Part shown: positions 1 through 9,794 of the stretch, in pieces
Layout: each line of letters begins with the position of its first letter
Position numbering within the stretch: position 1 is the first letter of the stretch
DNA from: an uncultured bacterium
GTDB taxonomy: Bacteria > Fidelibacterota > Marinisomatia > Marinisomatales > AB-629-J13
Assembly: GCA_964518835.1 (NCBI GenBank)
Contig: CAZFKU010000004.1
Coordinates: 1 to 52,056, forward strand
Direction of reading: 5' to 3'
Length of the DNA stretch: 52,056 bases
Notes under the pieces: generated by a model
The model's input: the letters and a program-made list of their open reading frames with translations, nothing else
Told to the model about the DNA's origin: nothing
Database searches by the model: none
Position numbers and translations under genes: made by a program

Positions 1-54
1 ACCGACGACCTCCTGAATGCCATTCAGGCGCTCTCCCAACTGAGCTACGGCCCC
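1..54 (-). tRNA. tRNA-Ala(GGC), 3' end cut off by the window edge
   Basis: Reverse complement reads GGGGCCGTAGCTCAGTTGGGAGAGCG-CCTGA-ATGGCAT-TCAGG-AGGTCGTCGGT. D arm present, anticodon GGC, with the A32-U38 pair typical of tRNA-Ala(GGC). Confidence 0.95.
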
Positions 55-118
55 AAATTTAATATTTAACTGAATCCCTCAATAATTCAGGTAGTTAGAA
101 ATTTAAGTTTAAAAGTTA

Positions 119-589
119 TTAGTGTTTTCTCTTCTTAATCAACCGAAATTTTCTGGCAAATACTTTTGATCGAACGATCCAGGCAGTATCATATCCCAGG
201 TTGCTTAACCTTATTTTCATATTTTCAGCTTCATTTCGGGTGGTGAAATTCCCTACTCTTACCTTGTAAACCGGTGCATCAAATGCGATGTATAATTCCT
301 CATCTAATTTTTCTTCAAGGACGGTTTTTATACTGTCAGCAGACTTAGAAAAACGGGTAGCAAAAACCTGAACCCTGAATCCGTCCAATTCCTGAAGAGA
401 TGTGTCAAGGGCGGCAGTGTCAGTAATAGCAGTTTTGTTTTTCACGAATGAATGAATAACCTGAGGCCATTTAGGAGGAATATCATTCAGCCGGGATGGG
501 TCAAATTCTTCCTTAGTCTGGCAGAAAATTGTAGAAACAATCAATATCAACAGACTCCATTTAAAAATTATGTCATCGGATGAGTTCAT
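119..589 (-). CDS. SPOR-domain peptidoglycan-binding protein, probably exported or a lipoprotein
   Basis: Hydrophobic N-terminus ending IFC; C-terminal GFRVQVFA...YKVRVGNF...A...L..LGY..AWIV SPOR pattern. Confidence 0.8.
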   Translation of the reverse strand: MNSSDDIIFKWSLLILIVSTIFCQTKEEFDPSRLNDIPPKWPQVIHSFVKNKTAITDTAALDTSLQELDGFRVQVFATRFSKSADSIKTVLEEKLDEELYIAFDAPVYKVRVGNFTTRNEAENMKIRLSNLGYDTAWIVRSKVFARKFRLIKKRKH

Positions 590-1332
590 AAGAATCTCAA
601 CTGATTAGTTTTGATCCACCCTTTTTTTCCGTCCATTAATGAAATCTCCACCCAGTCTCCCTGATCATGGTCAACGGATACTTTTATACCTTCGTGAATT
701 TTAAATAGGACAGCATCACTCCGGACAAATGGACCGGAAAATGCTTCAACTTCATAATCGGTGATAATGGCTTGATTTTTTTCTGAAATATCCCAATATT
801 TATCCAGGAGAATTCCATGTAGAATCATCGCTGAAAATAAAAATATTTGGAAGGGTACCCAGCTGAAATCTATCCTGATAAATTTAATCACCAGATAATA
901 AATTGAAGATAAAAGAACAAATAAAGCTGATATGGATAATAATTGGGAAAAGGTCAAGGATGATTTTATGAACCGATACCATTTAAGGAGGAAGAATGTT
1001 TCGGGGACGTGAATTCGGTCCTTTACATGGGTATTTACCAATGCAAGATTGAATTTTGCATCTCCATCTAAAGGGTTTAGTTCCACCGCTTTTTCGTAAG
1101 CCCATATCGAATGACCGTAATTGCCCGATCTGTAGTATGAATTTCCAAGATTATAATACAAATCACCGTTGAAATATCCCTGATTCAGTATCGTTTCAAA
1201 CAAAGCGGATGCTTTTTCAAAACGCCCTGTTTCCAAAAATGACGTACCCTGCATAAATAATGAATCAACATTCTGACTCAATCCAATGGACAAAAATAAA
1301 AAAATGAAAAGTCTATTCGCCATAGTTATCAA
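586..1332 (-). CDS. batE: BatE-like TPR + SH3 protein (start probably 1323)
   Basis: TPR (YYNLGNSYYR...YEKA..LNP.D.DAKFNL), TM segments, C-terminal SH3b (IHEG.KV...W.EI...DGKKGWI); follows batD. Confidence 0.8.
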   Translation of the reverse strand: MITMANRLFIFLFLSIGLSQNVDSLFMQGTSFLETGRFEKASALFETILNQGYFNGDLYYNLGNSYYRSGNYGHSIWAYEKAVELNPLDGDAKFNLALVNTHVKDRIHVPETFFLLKWYRFIKSSLTFSQLLSISALFVLLSSIYYLVIKFIRIDFSWVPFQIFLFSAMILHGILLDKYWDISEKNQAIITDYEVEAFSGPFVRSDAVLFKIHEGIKVSVDHDQGDWVEISLMDGKKGWIKTNQLRFL

Positions 1333-3058
1333 TTTTCTTTAAGAGGGAAATCACAGCAGGGACAAGATTTTTATTATTTTCTTCAGTTTGTGGAGAATAT
1401 TGTCCTTCATCGCATCGATGCAATAGCTGAATCAATTCATTCATTTCCTGTTCAGGGATTAAATTTCCGAGAATTATCTGAACAGAGGTCGGGTCCATTT
1501 TATCAGTCTGTAAATAGAATTTTTCTTTTAAATAAGTGTAAAGAACGGAAGCACTCATTTCAAATTCATTCTCTTCCAATGTTTGAAGGGATCCTAACGC
1601 CTTTTTAAGTGCTTTTTTGGATTGGCGTACATCCATTCCATCATAGTGTTTTTGCTGGTATGTGTTTACCATACCCGGAAAGATAAAACCGCAAACAGCC
1701 AAAGAATAAAATAAAAATGCTACAACGGGTAAACGTTTATTTTGATTCCATTTGGGTACTGCAGTCCTGTGGTATCGAATGTCTTTCCCCAAAAGAGCTA
1801 CTTCCTGTTTTGTTAATCCTTCCGGGGAACCGGCAGGGACAGATCCCGGGGAAACCGATATTTGAATGGAGTGAGCTTTCGCTCTTTTCCATGTGGATGT
1901 TTTCGGATCAAAAAAGGGGAGTTCTACCCGTGGAAGGTTAAACCTACCGGTTTGACGGGGAATGACTACATATTCCCAACGTAAGGTTCCGGTGATCTCA
2001 TCCCGAAATGAATCTTTATTGAGTTCACTCACCGGTGGAAAAACTTCAATTGATTTTGGAAAGGACAAATCTGGTAAACTGAATAAAGATAGATTTCCCG
2101 TTCCCTTCACTTCTATAAAAAAAGTGACTGCTTCATTTGCTTTTACTTTTTGGACATCTACGGAAGTCTTCACTGTATAATTTCCTACCGCACCTGTAAA
2201 ATCGGAAGGTTCTCCCTCTGGATAAGGAAGTACGTTTACCGTTTTTGTTTCAGATTTCAATACTTTCCGAACCATCTGCCGGGAAGAGAACGAATCAAAA
2301 ACGTCAAAAAATGGATCTCGTCTTTTTGATTTCTTTTGCTCCACATGGATCTTAGAGTTGATTGTGTAAGGAGGAAGGGGTATATTTCCTGTTTTTGTCG
2401 GAAATAATGCTACGGTGTACAATTTAGCCTTTTTATATCGAACTCCATTGTAGGTTACTTCACGCATATTAATCTGCCTGGGTGAATAAAGGCTTTCCGT
2501 CCAAAATCCTACGAATTCAGGTAAATCGACACTTTCTATGGATATATCCATTTTAGTGAATAATTGATAGGTAACGGTGATCTGTTCCCCCAAATAAGCT
2601 GATTCCTTATCCAATTCCATCTGAATAAAATAAGATTGAGAATTCCCGGTATTTGAACTGACAGAATTTTTTGAAACATTTAAAATTATCGGTCTCGTTT
2701 TGAGTTTAGATTTCCCTATTGATACTGTCAGTGAAGGTATATTTAGAACTCCTGTCTTTTTTGGTGATAATGTCCAGGATAATCCACGGGTGGATGTCAT
2801 TTTACCATTCACCCATGAAATATTGGTTTGCTGACTGGGTCCGTTCACCACAATAAAATTTTTCTTAACTGGCGTCATATCTACTTGGGGTGATTCACTA
2901 CCATCAATGGCTTCAATCGTTAATTCAAATACATCATCAATGGTCAATTTATTGCGGTCAACCGTTGCATTTACCGTCAATCCAAATGCCAAATGAATTG
3001 CACATAAAAAAGGCAGGTTTTTTATCATAAATTTTAATAAATGGCACGCTAAATTCAT
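1313..3058 (-). CDS. batD: BatD oxygen-tolerance family protein (start may be about 3028)
   Basis: Signal peptide, ATVDRNK, GPSQQ..ISWVNG, YLGEQI.VTY, FTGAVG.Y, GTGN motifs, C-terminal TM; position in bat operon. Confidence 0.88.
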   Translation of the reverse strand: MNLACHLLKFMIKNLPFLCAIHLAFGLTVNATVDRNKLTIDDVFELTIEAIDGSESPQVDMTPVKKNFIVVNGPSQQTNISWVNGKMTSTRGLSWTLSPKKTGVLNIPSLTVSIGKSKLKTRPIILNVSKNSVSSNTGNSQSYFIQMELDKESAYLGEQITVTYQLFTKMDISIESVDLPEFVGFWTESLYSPRQINMREVTYNGVRYKKAKLYTVALFPTKTGNIPLPPYTINSKIHVEQKKSKRRDPFFDVFDSFSSRQMVRKVLKSETKTVNVLPYPEGEPSDFTGAVGNYTVKTSVDVQKVKANEAVTFFIEVKGTGNLSLFSLPDLSFPKSIEVFPPVSELNKDSFRDEITGTLRWEYVVIPRQTGRFNLPRVELPFFDPKTSTWKRAKAHSIQISVSPGSVPAGSPEGLTKQEVALLGKDIRYHRTAVPKWNQNKRLPVVAFLFYSLAVCGFIFPGMVNTYQQKHYDGMDVRQSKKALKKALGSLQTLEENEFEMSASVLYTYLKEKFYLQTDKMDPTSVQIILGNLIPEQEMNELIQLLHRCDEGQYSPQTEENNKNLVPAVISLLKKIDNYGE

Positions 3059-3064
3059 AGCTGG

Positions 3065-3898
3065 TTACCAATCCTTTTCCATTTTTCTGGATTTCACACG
3101 ATTCATTTGGCGTCTTTTATTGATTTTTTCCTTATCCTTCAATGCATTTAAAATTGCCTGAGCATTCATCATGTTTTTTAATGAGTCTGCTTTCTCATCA
3201 TTTTTTTCAGCCTGATTGGGTTCAGACTGGTTTTGCTTCTGGGGTTGTTTATCGTCATTTTCTTTTTGTGAATTATTAGTGTTTTCATCTTGTTTTTGTT
3301 CCGGGTTTGTTTCATTTTTTTCTGCTTGTTCGGATTGTTTATCCCGGGATTCTTCATTTTTTTGTTTTTCTGACGAGTTTTCTTTATTTTCTTTTTTCTG
3401 CTGATCTTGTGATTGATTTTCCTTTTGGTTTTTCTCGTCTTTTTCCTGAGAATCCTCTCCCGATTCATCGTTTTTCTGGGATTGCTGCTCCATCATTTTT
3501 TGAACCAATTCATAATTCCATTTTGCTTCCATGTCCTCCGGATTTAATTCAATTGATTTTTTGAAATGAGCAAGACTCTCTTCCAACTTCTGTGTCTGAT
3601 AATACAAATTCCCCAAATTATAATGAGCTTTTGCCTGCAGTGAAACATCTTCCGCTGACAATGCCTGTTTAAACGCTTCTTCTGCTGTTTGAATATCCTG
3701 TGTTTGTAAAGAAACTGCTCCCAAACCGAATTGAGCTTCTTTATTTTCAATTTGTTTTCTCAAAATGGATTCATAATATTCCAGGGCATTTTCGTAATCT
3801 CCATCTTTATAATAGGTAACACCCTCATCCTCATTTGCAGACACTAAATTACAGAGAAGTATAACAATAGGGATGAAAATCAATTTATTGTATCTCAT
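3065..3898 (-). CDS. batC: BatC-like TPR protein with Q/E/K/N-rich linker
   Basis: Signal peptide, TPRs (AHYNLGN...LNPED.EAKWNYEL), low-complexity linker, C-terminal EKDW. Confidence 0.85.
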   Translation of the reverse strand: MRYNKLIFIPIVILLCNLVSANEDEGVTYYKDGDYENALEYYESILRKQIENKEAQFGLGAVSLQTQDIQTAEEAFKQALSAEDVSLQAKAHYNLGNLYYQTQKLEESLAHFKKSIELNPEDMEAKWNYELVQKMMEQQSQKNDESGEDSQEKDEKNQKENQSQDQQKKENKENSSEKQKNEESRDKQSEQAEKNETNPEQKQDENTNNSQKENDDKQPQKQNQSEPNQAEKNDEKADSLKNMMNAQAILNALKDKEKINKRRQMNRVKSRKMEKDW

Positions 3899-4914
3899 GT
3901 CTTGTCTGCAAAATTATCTGAAGTTTTCTTTTTTGTAGGAATTAAAATTGCGCTGATGAAAAGGGAAAGAGAAATAATTCCGAATACCTGAAATTGATCT
4001 TCATATTCTGAAAACTCATGTGTGCTGATGGTTTTTTTCTCCATTTGGTTTATTGCCTGGGTTATCGTCTTGTAATGAGCTGCACGATTATCAAATCGTA
4101 CATAAACTCCCTCGCCTGCTCTGGCAATATCCTGAAGAATACCTTCGTTTAATGTGGAGGTAATTAATTTTCCCTGGCGGTCTCTCTTGTATGATGTATT
4201 TCCTGTTTTTTTATCTAATATGGGAATAAGTGACCCTGAAACAGATCCTACACCAACGGTGTGGATGACGATCCCAGTTCGGGCTGCTTTTTCAGCAATT
4301 CCGATAGCTTCCCCTTCATGATCCTCACCATCCGTGATTAAAACCAAAACTTTGAATTTTTCACTTTCATCCGAGAATGCAGAAAGCCCTGTGTTCAGGG
4401 CAGAACTGATAGCTGTTCCCTGTGTGGGAATCATTTCCGTATCTATTTCATCCAAAAATAAATTGGCAGCCTCGTAATCGGAAGTGAGAGGTAAATACAG
4501 GTGGCTTGCTCCTGCAAAAACGATGACCCCCACCCTGTCTCCCTTAAGTTGACTGATGATTTGGGTAATCTCAAATTTTGCTTTTTCAAGCCGGCTCGGT
4601 TTTACATCTTCTGCATTCATGCTGACCGAAACATCCACGGCAAAAATTAAATCAATCCCTTTTCGTTCCACCGGTTTCACTTGTGTTCCTATCTGGATAC
4701 CGGAAGCAGATATCATCAAAAACAGCAGTCCTGTAAAACGAATACGGTTTTTCCAATTCGTTTTTTTATAGTCCACATGTTGGAATAACTGGTCTTTTAA
4801 TTGGTTAGACCTAAGGTGGAGTAATTTTGAAATAGAACTCCTTTTATTACCAAAAACCAGGATAATTCCCGGTACGACTAATAATAAAAAAACAAGTGGA
4901 TATCGAATATCCAT
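3895..4914 (-). CDS. batB: BatB vWA-domain protein
   Basis: MIDAS DVSVS, AEDVKPSRLEKAK, GDRVG, PLTSDY, ITDGEDHEG. Confidence 0.9.
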   Translation of the reverse strand: MDIRYPLVFLLLVVPGIILVFGNKRSSISKLLHLRSNQLKDQLFQHVDYKKTNWKNRIRFTGLLFLMISASGIQIGTQVKPVERKGIDLIFAVDVSVSMNAEDVKPSRLEKAKFEITQIISQLKGDRVGVIVFAGASHLYLPLTSDYEAANLFLDEIDTEMIPTQGTAISSALNTGLSAFSDESEKFKVLVLITDGEDHEGEAIGIAEKAARTGIVIHTVGVGSVSGSLIPILDKKTGNTSYKRDRQGKLITSTLNEGILQDIARAGEGVYVRFDNRAAHYKTITQAINQMEKKTISTHEFSEYEDQFQVFGIISLSLFISAILIPTKKKTSDNFADKT

Positions 4915-5882
4915 TAAAATGACCTTTTAAACATAAATCTATCCAAAATTTCATGAAATAATCCCAGGAACAATGCCGGTATCATGAAAAAACCATATAA
5001 TTCCCGGTATTTTGTGTATTCCTTCACTTCGATTTCTGTCCTTTCTAACTGATCAATTTCTGAATAAATATCTCCCAGAGATTCTTCATCTGTAGCACGG
5101 AAATATTGTCCATGTGTTCTCATAGCAATTTCTTTAAGGGTTTCTTCATCAATTTCATTTTTAACATATCCACGATTTGGTATAAACGTATTGGATTGAT
5201 TTGTTCCAGCTCCGATCGTATATATTTTTATGTCAAATTCTGTGGCAATATCCGCCGCTGTCAACGGGTCAAGTTCGCCGGCGTTATTACTTCCATCTGA
5301 TAGCAAAACCATTACCTTGCTTTTTGCTGAACTTCCTCGAAGCCTGTTCACCGCATTCACAATTGCCATTCCAATAGCGGTTCCATCATATTGTCTTTCT
5401 GCAACAGTTACTTCACCTAATAATTTTCCTAAGACCTCTGTATCAACCGTGAGGGGACATTGAATGAATGTTTCTCCTGCGAAAACCAACAATGCTATTC
5501 TATCACCTGACCGACTTTTGATAAATTGCGCCGCTGTTTTCTTGACCGCTTCCAACCTGTTCGGTTTAAAATCCTCTGCCAGCATACTGCTGGAAATATC
5601 CAAAACCATTACAATATCGACTACGTCCACCTTGGATTTCTCTAATGTATCCACTTTTTGAGGTCTGGCAAGACCAAGAATGATCAAGGATAAAAAAAGT
5701 GAACCCAAAACTCTTAAAATCAAATGTCTATATTTTCCGCTGGTGATGAAAGAGTCAATTAATAATTCTTTTGAAGAAATTTGGACGACACTTTCTTTCT
5801 GTTGACCATATTTTCGATACCAGAATTCCATTAAAGGAATGAGTGCTAAGGCGCATAAATACCATGGATTTGCAAAATTCAT
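4914..5882 (-). CDS. batA: BatA vWA-domain protein
   Basis: MNFANPW, LARPQ, DISSSMLAEDFKPNRLEA, DGTAIG, LLSDGSNNAG, IDQLE. Confidence 0.92.
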   Translation of the reverse strand: MNFANPWYLCALALIPLMEFWYRKYGQQKESVVQISSKELLIDSFITSGKYRHLILRVLGSLFLSLIILGLARPQKVDTLEKSKVDVVDIVMVLDISSSMLAEDFKPNRLEAVKKTAAQFIKSRSGDRIALLVFAGETFIQCPLTVDTEVLGKLLGEVTVAERQYDGTAIGMAIVNAVNRLRGSSAKSKVMVLLSDGSNNAGELDPLTAADIATEFDIKIYTIGAGTNQSNTFIPNRGYVKNEIDEETLKEIAMRTHGQYFRATDEESLGDIYSEIDQLERTEIEVKEYTKYRELYGFFMIPALFLGLFHEILDRFMFKRSF

Positions 5883-5955
5883 AATAGGGATTTATATGTT
5901 AAAAAGGTAAAGTTATTTTAATGAATGCCTGATCCATTAAGATAAATAAAATAAG

Positions 5956-6192
5956 TTAATCAGCTAATGGACTTTTATCCTTTTCACTTTCTGAATTGGA
6001 TTCCCCGTCTGTGGTGGCATCTTCAATTTCCTGCTTGGCATCACTCATAGCACCTTTAAATTCTTTGATTCCCTGCCCTAATCCTTTGGCAAGTTCCGGA
6101 AGCCTTTTTGCACCGAAGAGCAATAAAACCACCAATAAAATGAGGATGATTTCCCAAGGTCCGAGATTAAACATTGCTTGTACTGTGTTCAT
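5956..6192 (-). CDS. tatA: Twin-arginine translocase TatA/E
   Basis: [36 protein letters not shown]; AAGGAG upstream. Confidence 0.95.
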   Translation of the reverse strand: MNTVQAMFNLGPWEIILILLVVLLLFGAKRLPELAKGLGQGIKEFKGAMSDAKQEIEDATTDGESNSESEKDKSPLAD

Positions 6193-6255
6193 GAGACATA
6201 CCTGCTCCTTTAAAGTAAATTATTGCTTCATTAATGATAATATTTCTGAATTTCA

Positions 6256-6570
6256 TTATCGGAAATACCGTAAAAAATAATAAGCGGTTGCCAGACCGAC
6301 TAAACCAATAAAATTCAGTGAAACTGTTAACCCGAACTTAAGGGTTAATACAATCAAATTCAGGACAATTACTCCGGATTCAAAACCGGCTAATCCTGCT
6401 AAATCTAAATCAATTCCCGTGAGAAAGAATTGTTTTACAACTCCATCCGGCATTATCCATCCGATAAGTGTGCCCATCACAGAGCCGATAGCGGCACCAC
6501 TGAAAAGAACAATAAAAATGAATCCAAGTGTTCGTTTATTCAACCGTATCCACCCGGTTTTCAAATTCAT
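6256..6570 (-). CDS. Small membrane protein, DUF4321-like (start probably TTG at 6543)
   Basis: Hydrophobic segments, GA.IGS..G.LIG..P.GVVK.FF and LNL.V..L.FG...LN..G..G pattern; family recalled, not searched. Confidence 0.65.
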   Translation of the reverse strand: MNLKTGWIRLNKRTLGFIFIVLFSGAAIGSVMGTLIGWIMPDGVVKQFFLTGIDLDLAGLAGFESGVIVLNLIVLTLKFGLTVSLNFIGLVGLATAYYFLRYFR

Positions 6571-7315
6571 TTATTTCCGAAGAATGAAGACGATTGTTTA
6601 TCAACCAATTTATGATGTTGTAGGCAATGTAACACAATAGTATTGGAAATAACACCAACCCCTTCCAAATGATGAGGGAAATGATAAAAATTCCTAATCC
6701 AACAAGACGAATAGAGTTAGTCTTACCTTTTTTAAAGGACAAAATTGGAAGTTTATTAAATCTCAATGGACTGATCATGAGAAATCCAAGAATAACCATT
6801 AAAACCAGTAAACTCCTTGGATCTCCTGGCTGTCCATTCAACTGAAAATGAAACAGAAAAAATCCGTAAAGGGTTAAGGCATTCACAGGTGTTGGAAGTC
6901 CGGAAAAATAATCCTTATCCTCAGAATAATCCAAATTAAAACGAGCCAATCGGAAAGTGCCAAAAACAAGAGGTATAAAACTGATGAGTCCACCTAAAAT
7001 TGGTTCCATTCCATTAACATAAACTGTATAAATTAATAGAGCAGGTGATGCGCAAAATGAAATCGTATCAGCAAAGGAATCAAACTCGGTGCCGAACCTT
7101 GAAGGAATATTTAACAGTCTTGCTATTTTCCCGTCCACCGCATCGAAAGCACCGGCAATTAGGATTATCCATCCAGCATGAACCGGTTTTCCGTTTATAA
7201 GTAATCCTATGGAGAAAAAACCGAAAAACATATTTATCACCGTTAACAAATTTGGGATAACCCTTTTGTTAAACCGTTTTCTTTTCAGGCGATGAGGTTT
7301 AAGTCTGCGTTTCAT
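6536..7315 (-). CDS. pssA: CDP-diacylglycerol--serine O-phosphatidyltransferase (type II)
   Basis: PNLLT, D..DG.IAR...S.FG.EFDS.AD..SF CDP-alcohol motif, RLARFN, F.GLPTP; adjacent to psd. Confidence 0.92.
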   Translation of the reverse strand: MKRRLKPHRLKRKRFNKRVIPNLLTVINMFFGFFSIGLLINGKPVHAGWIILIAGAFDAVDGKIARLLNIPSRFGTEFDSFADTISFCASPALLIYTVYVNGMEPILGGLISFIPLVFGTFRLARFNLDYSEDKDYFSGLPTPVNALTLYGFFLFHFQLNGQPGDPRSLLVLMVILGFLMISPLRFNKLPILSFKKGKTNSIRLVGLGIFIISLIIWKGLVLFPILLCYIAYNIINWLINNRLHSSEINEFENRVDTVE

Positions 7316-7949
7316 TACTTTTGGCTATGATGGATTCGCCACCCTTTACTTTCTGTCCTAATTTTACCCTTAAATCTATGTGTTCCGGAAGAATAATATC
7401 CACCCTTGATCCAAACATGATAAACCCCAATTTATCTCCGGTATTTATTTGATTTCCCTTTTTCACATAACAACGGATACGGCGGGCTAAAAGTCCGGCG
7501 ATTTGTTTTACTTTTATTATTCCTTCCGTTGAATGGATGGAAATATCTGACTGTTCATTCTCATCAGATGCTGAGTGATTAAATGCCGCCAGGAATTTAC
7601 CCTTTTTGTATTGAACTTTATTTACAGATCCTCCAATCGGCGTACGATTCATATGTACATTAAATACATTCAGAAAAATTGAAATTAAATTCGATTTTCC
7701 AATTTCAGGATCCTCAACAGGTTTAATCTGAACTATTTTGCCATCTGCAGGAGAAACAATGATCCCTTTTTCCTGAGGGATTTTTCTTTTAGGGTCCCTG
7801 AAAAAATTTAAACAAAATAGTAATAATAAACCGGGAATCGCAGCACTGTCCATTATGACAGTAGAATCTGAAATGTTTCCGATGATTCTCAGTACGATTG
7901 CTGCAACCAGTAGGCAGAGTATAAATGGATATCCTTCTTTAGCGATCAT
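7299..7949 (-). CDS. psd: Phosphatidylserine decarboxylase proenzyme (short type)
   Basis: FFRDP.R, SPADG, IFLNVFNVH.NR.P, QIAGLLARRI, FGSRVD self-cleavage motif. Confidence 0.95.
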   Translation of the reverse strand: MIAKEGYPFILCLLVAAIVLRIIGNISDSTVIMDSAAIPGLLLLFCLNFFRDPKRKIPQEKGIIVSPADGKIVQIKPVEDPEIGKSNLISIFLNVFNVHMNRTPIGGSVNKVQYKKGKFLAAFNHSASDENEQSDISIHSTEGIIKVKQIAGLLARRIRCYVKKGNQINTGDKLGFIMFGSRVDIILPEHIDLRVKLGQKVKGGESIIAKSNETQT

Positions 7950-9052
7950 TAATAAAAATATGAATTGTTTATTTTTTCCAATTTTAAGTTGACCATTTTT
8001 GTTTTCCCATCTCTATAAATTTTAATCTTTATCCGATCACCTGACCGAATATCCTGGTCCAATATGACACTTTTTATATCTTGTGCACTGGTAATGTGGA
8101 CACCATTCACCGCCAGAATAATATCCGCAATTTTAATTCCTGCTTTATCTCCGGAGCTTCCTTCTTCAACTTCGACTACAATGACTCCCTCGACAAAAGG
8201 AAGATTCAGATAACGGGCAACCCGTTTATTTAGGGATTGAACCTGCAGTCCTGTGGAATAATTTCGGTCAATCCTTCCCTTATTTTTTAATTCTTCCGCA
8301 ATAGTTTTTGCCCGGTTAATTGGAATAGCAAAACTGATGCCGATAGATCCCTGAGAATAATTTGAACCGGTATAAATAAATGTATTGATTCCCACGATCT
8401 CACCTAATCCATTGACAAGAGGTCCGCCACTATTCCCGGGATTTATCGCCGCATCCGTCTGAATCATGTCCTGAAATATTTGTCCCGATTCCTGCTGACC
8501 AAAATCCATATTCAGAGCGCTGATGATCCCTGCAGTTGCCGTAGGTTGATCGCTGACATCAAATAGTCCGTATGGGTTGCCTAATGCAATTACCCACTCC
8601 CCGATGATCAAATCGTCCGAATTTCCCAATGTAGCGTAGGGAAAATTAGATCCAGCCATTTTTAATAAAGCTAAATCAGTGAATCTGTCCTTTCCTATGA
8701 TTTCCGATTCGTACTCTTCGCCTCCTGGAAGTGTAATGATAATTTTATGTGCATTTTCAATAACATGATAATTTGAGAGCACATATCCATCAGGACTTAT
8801 CACCACTCCTGAACCGGAACTTTTTACCTTTTGCCGATGAAGTTCGTAAGGAAAAAAGAACTCAAAGAAAGGATCGGAAAATGGAGATCTCCGGGAAATT
8901 TCTTTTAACTGAATCACATTTACACTTGCAACAGCTGGTGAAATTTTTTCGATTGCCCGGGTAATAGCATTTTGACGGGAATGATACAAATCCTCCTGAC
9001 CATTTATGATATTCCCCAAAAGGAATAATGGAACCAGAATTTTATTTATCAT
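7949..9052 (-). CDS. htrA: HtrA/DegP-family serine protease with one PDZ domain
   Basis: GSGV, NYHVI, DLALLK, IQTDAAINPGNSGGPL; single C-terminal PDZ. Confidence 0.92.
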   Translation of the reverse strand: MINKILVPLFLLGNIINGQEDLYHSRQNAITRAIEKISPAVASVNVIQLKEISRRSPFSDPFFEFFFPYELHRQKVKSSGSGVVISPDGYVLSNYHVIENAHKIIITLPGGEEYESEIIGKDRFTDLALLKMAGSNFPYATLGNSDDLIIGEWVIALGNPYGLFDVSDQPTATAGIISALNMDFGQQESGQIFQDMIQTDAAINPGNSGGPLVNGLGEIVGINTFIYTGSNYSQGSIGISFAIPINRAKTIAEELKNKGRIDRNYSTGLQVQSLNKRVARYLNLPFVEGVIVVEVEEGSSGDKAGIKIADIILAVNGVHITSAQDIKSVILDQDIRSGDRIKIKIYRDGKTKMVNLKLEKINNSYFY

Positions 9053-9776
9053 ATTCTATTTTTTCCAAAATAAGACCCTGGGGAGGTGCTTTATGCAATG
9101 CAACATTTTTTTGAGGGTTTGATAACAACTGAATAAAATCTTCTTCAGAATAATTCTTTTGAGCTACTGCCACCATTGTTCCTGTTAAATATCTAACCAT
9201 GTGGTGTAAAAAACGGTTCCCTGTGATAGTAAAAATTACCATTTTATTTTCTTTTGTCCATGCAGATTGAAAAATACTGCATTTCGAGTTTTTTAATTCT
9301 TCATTCCACTTTGAAAAGGATAAAAAGTCATGTGTTCCCCGCAGGATCTTGGATAAAGAATTCAATTTGTCAATATCTGGTTCCGGTAAAAACCAGCACT
9401 GATTTTTAAAAAGCGGATTCGTCCCGGTATAACATTGATATTTATATGTCCTGCGAACAGCAGAAAACCGAGCATGGAAATCCGATGGTACAACTTCACA
9501 TTCAATAACTGTAATATCTTCCGGACTTTTTGCATTCATGGCTCTCATCATTGTACATGTGTCTAAATCCGTTTTTAAATCAAAATGAGCAACTTGTCCC
9601 AATGCATGGACACCGGAATCCGTACGTCCGGCGGCGGTAATTTTGACTGGTTTTTCACCGTTGAAACTTCCTAGCAGTTCTTCCAGAACCGGTTGGATAG
9701 CTGGACCATTTTGTTGGGTTTGCCACCCGCAATACCGGGTTCCATCATATTGAATAGCTATTTTAAATCGAGGCAT
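9042..9776 (-). CDS. truA: tRNA pseudouridine(38-40) synthase
   Basis: YDGT.Y.GWQ.Q, AGRTDSGVHA.GQV.HF, FHARF.A..R.Y.Y, FLHHMVR. Confidence 0.96.
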   Translation of the reverse strand: MPRFKIAIQYDGTRYCGWQTQQNGPAIQPVLEELLGSFNGEKPVKITAAGRTDSGVHALGQVAHFDLKTDLDTCTMMRAMNAKSPEDITVIECEVVPSDFHARFSAVRRTYKYQCYTGTNPLFKNQCWFLPEPDIDKLNSLSKILRGTHDFLSFSKWNEELKNSKCSIFQSAWTKENKMVIFTITGNRFLHHMVRYLTGTMVAVAQKNYSEEDFIQLLSNPQKNVALHKAPPQGLILEKIEYDK

Positions 9777-9794
9777 ATAAAATTAGTTTATAAA

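Noticed and set aside
3178-3564. Lys-rich and Phe/Ser-rich alternative ORFs over batC
   Set aside because: They are by-products of the low-complexity BatC linker, which is normal for the family.
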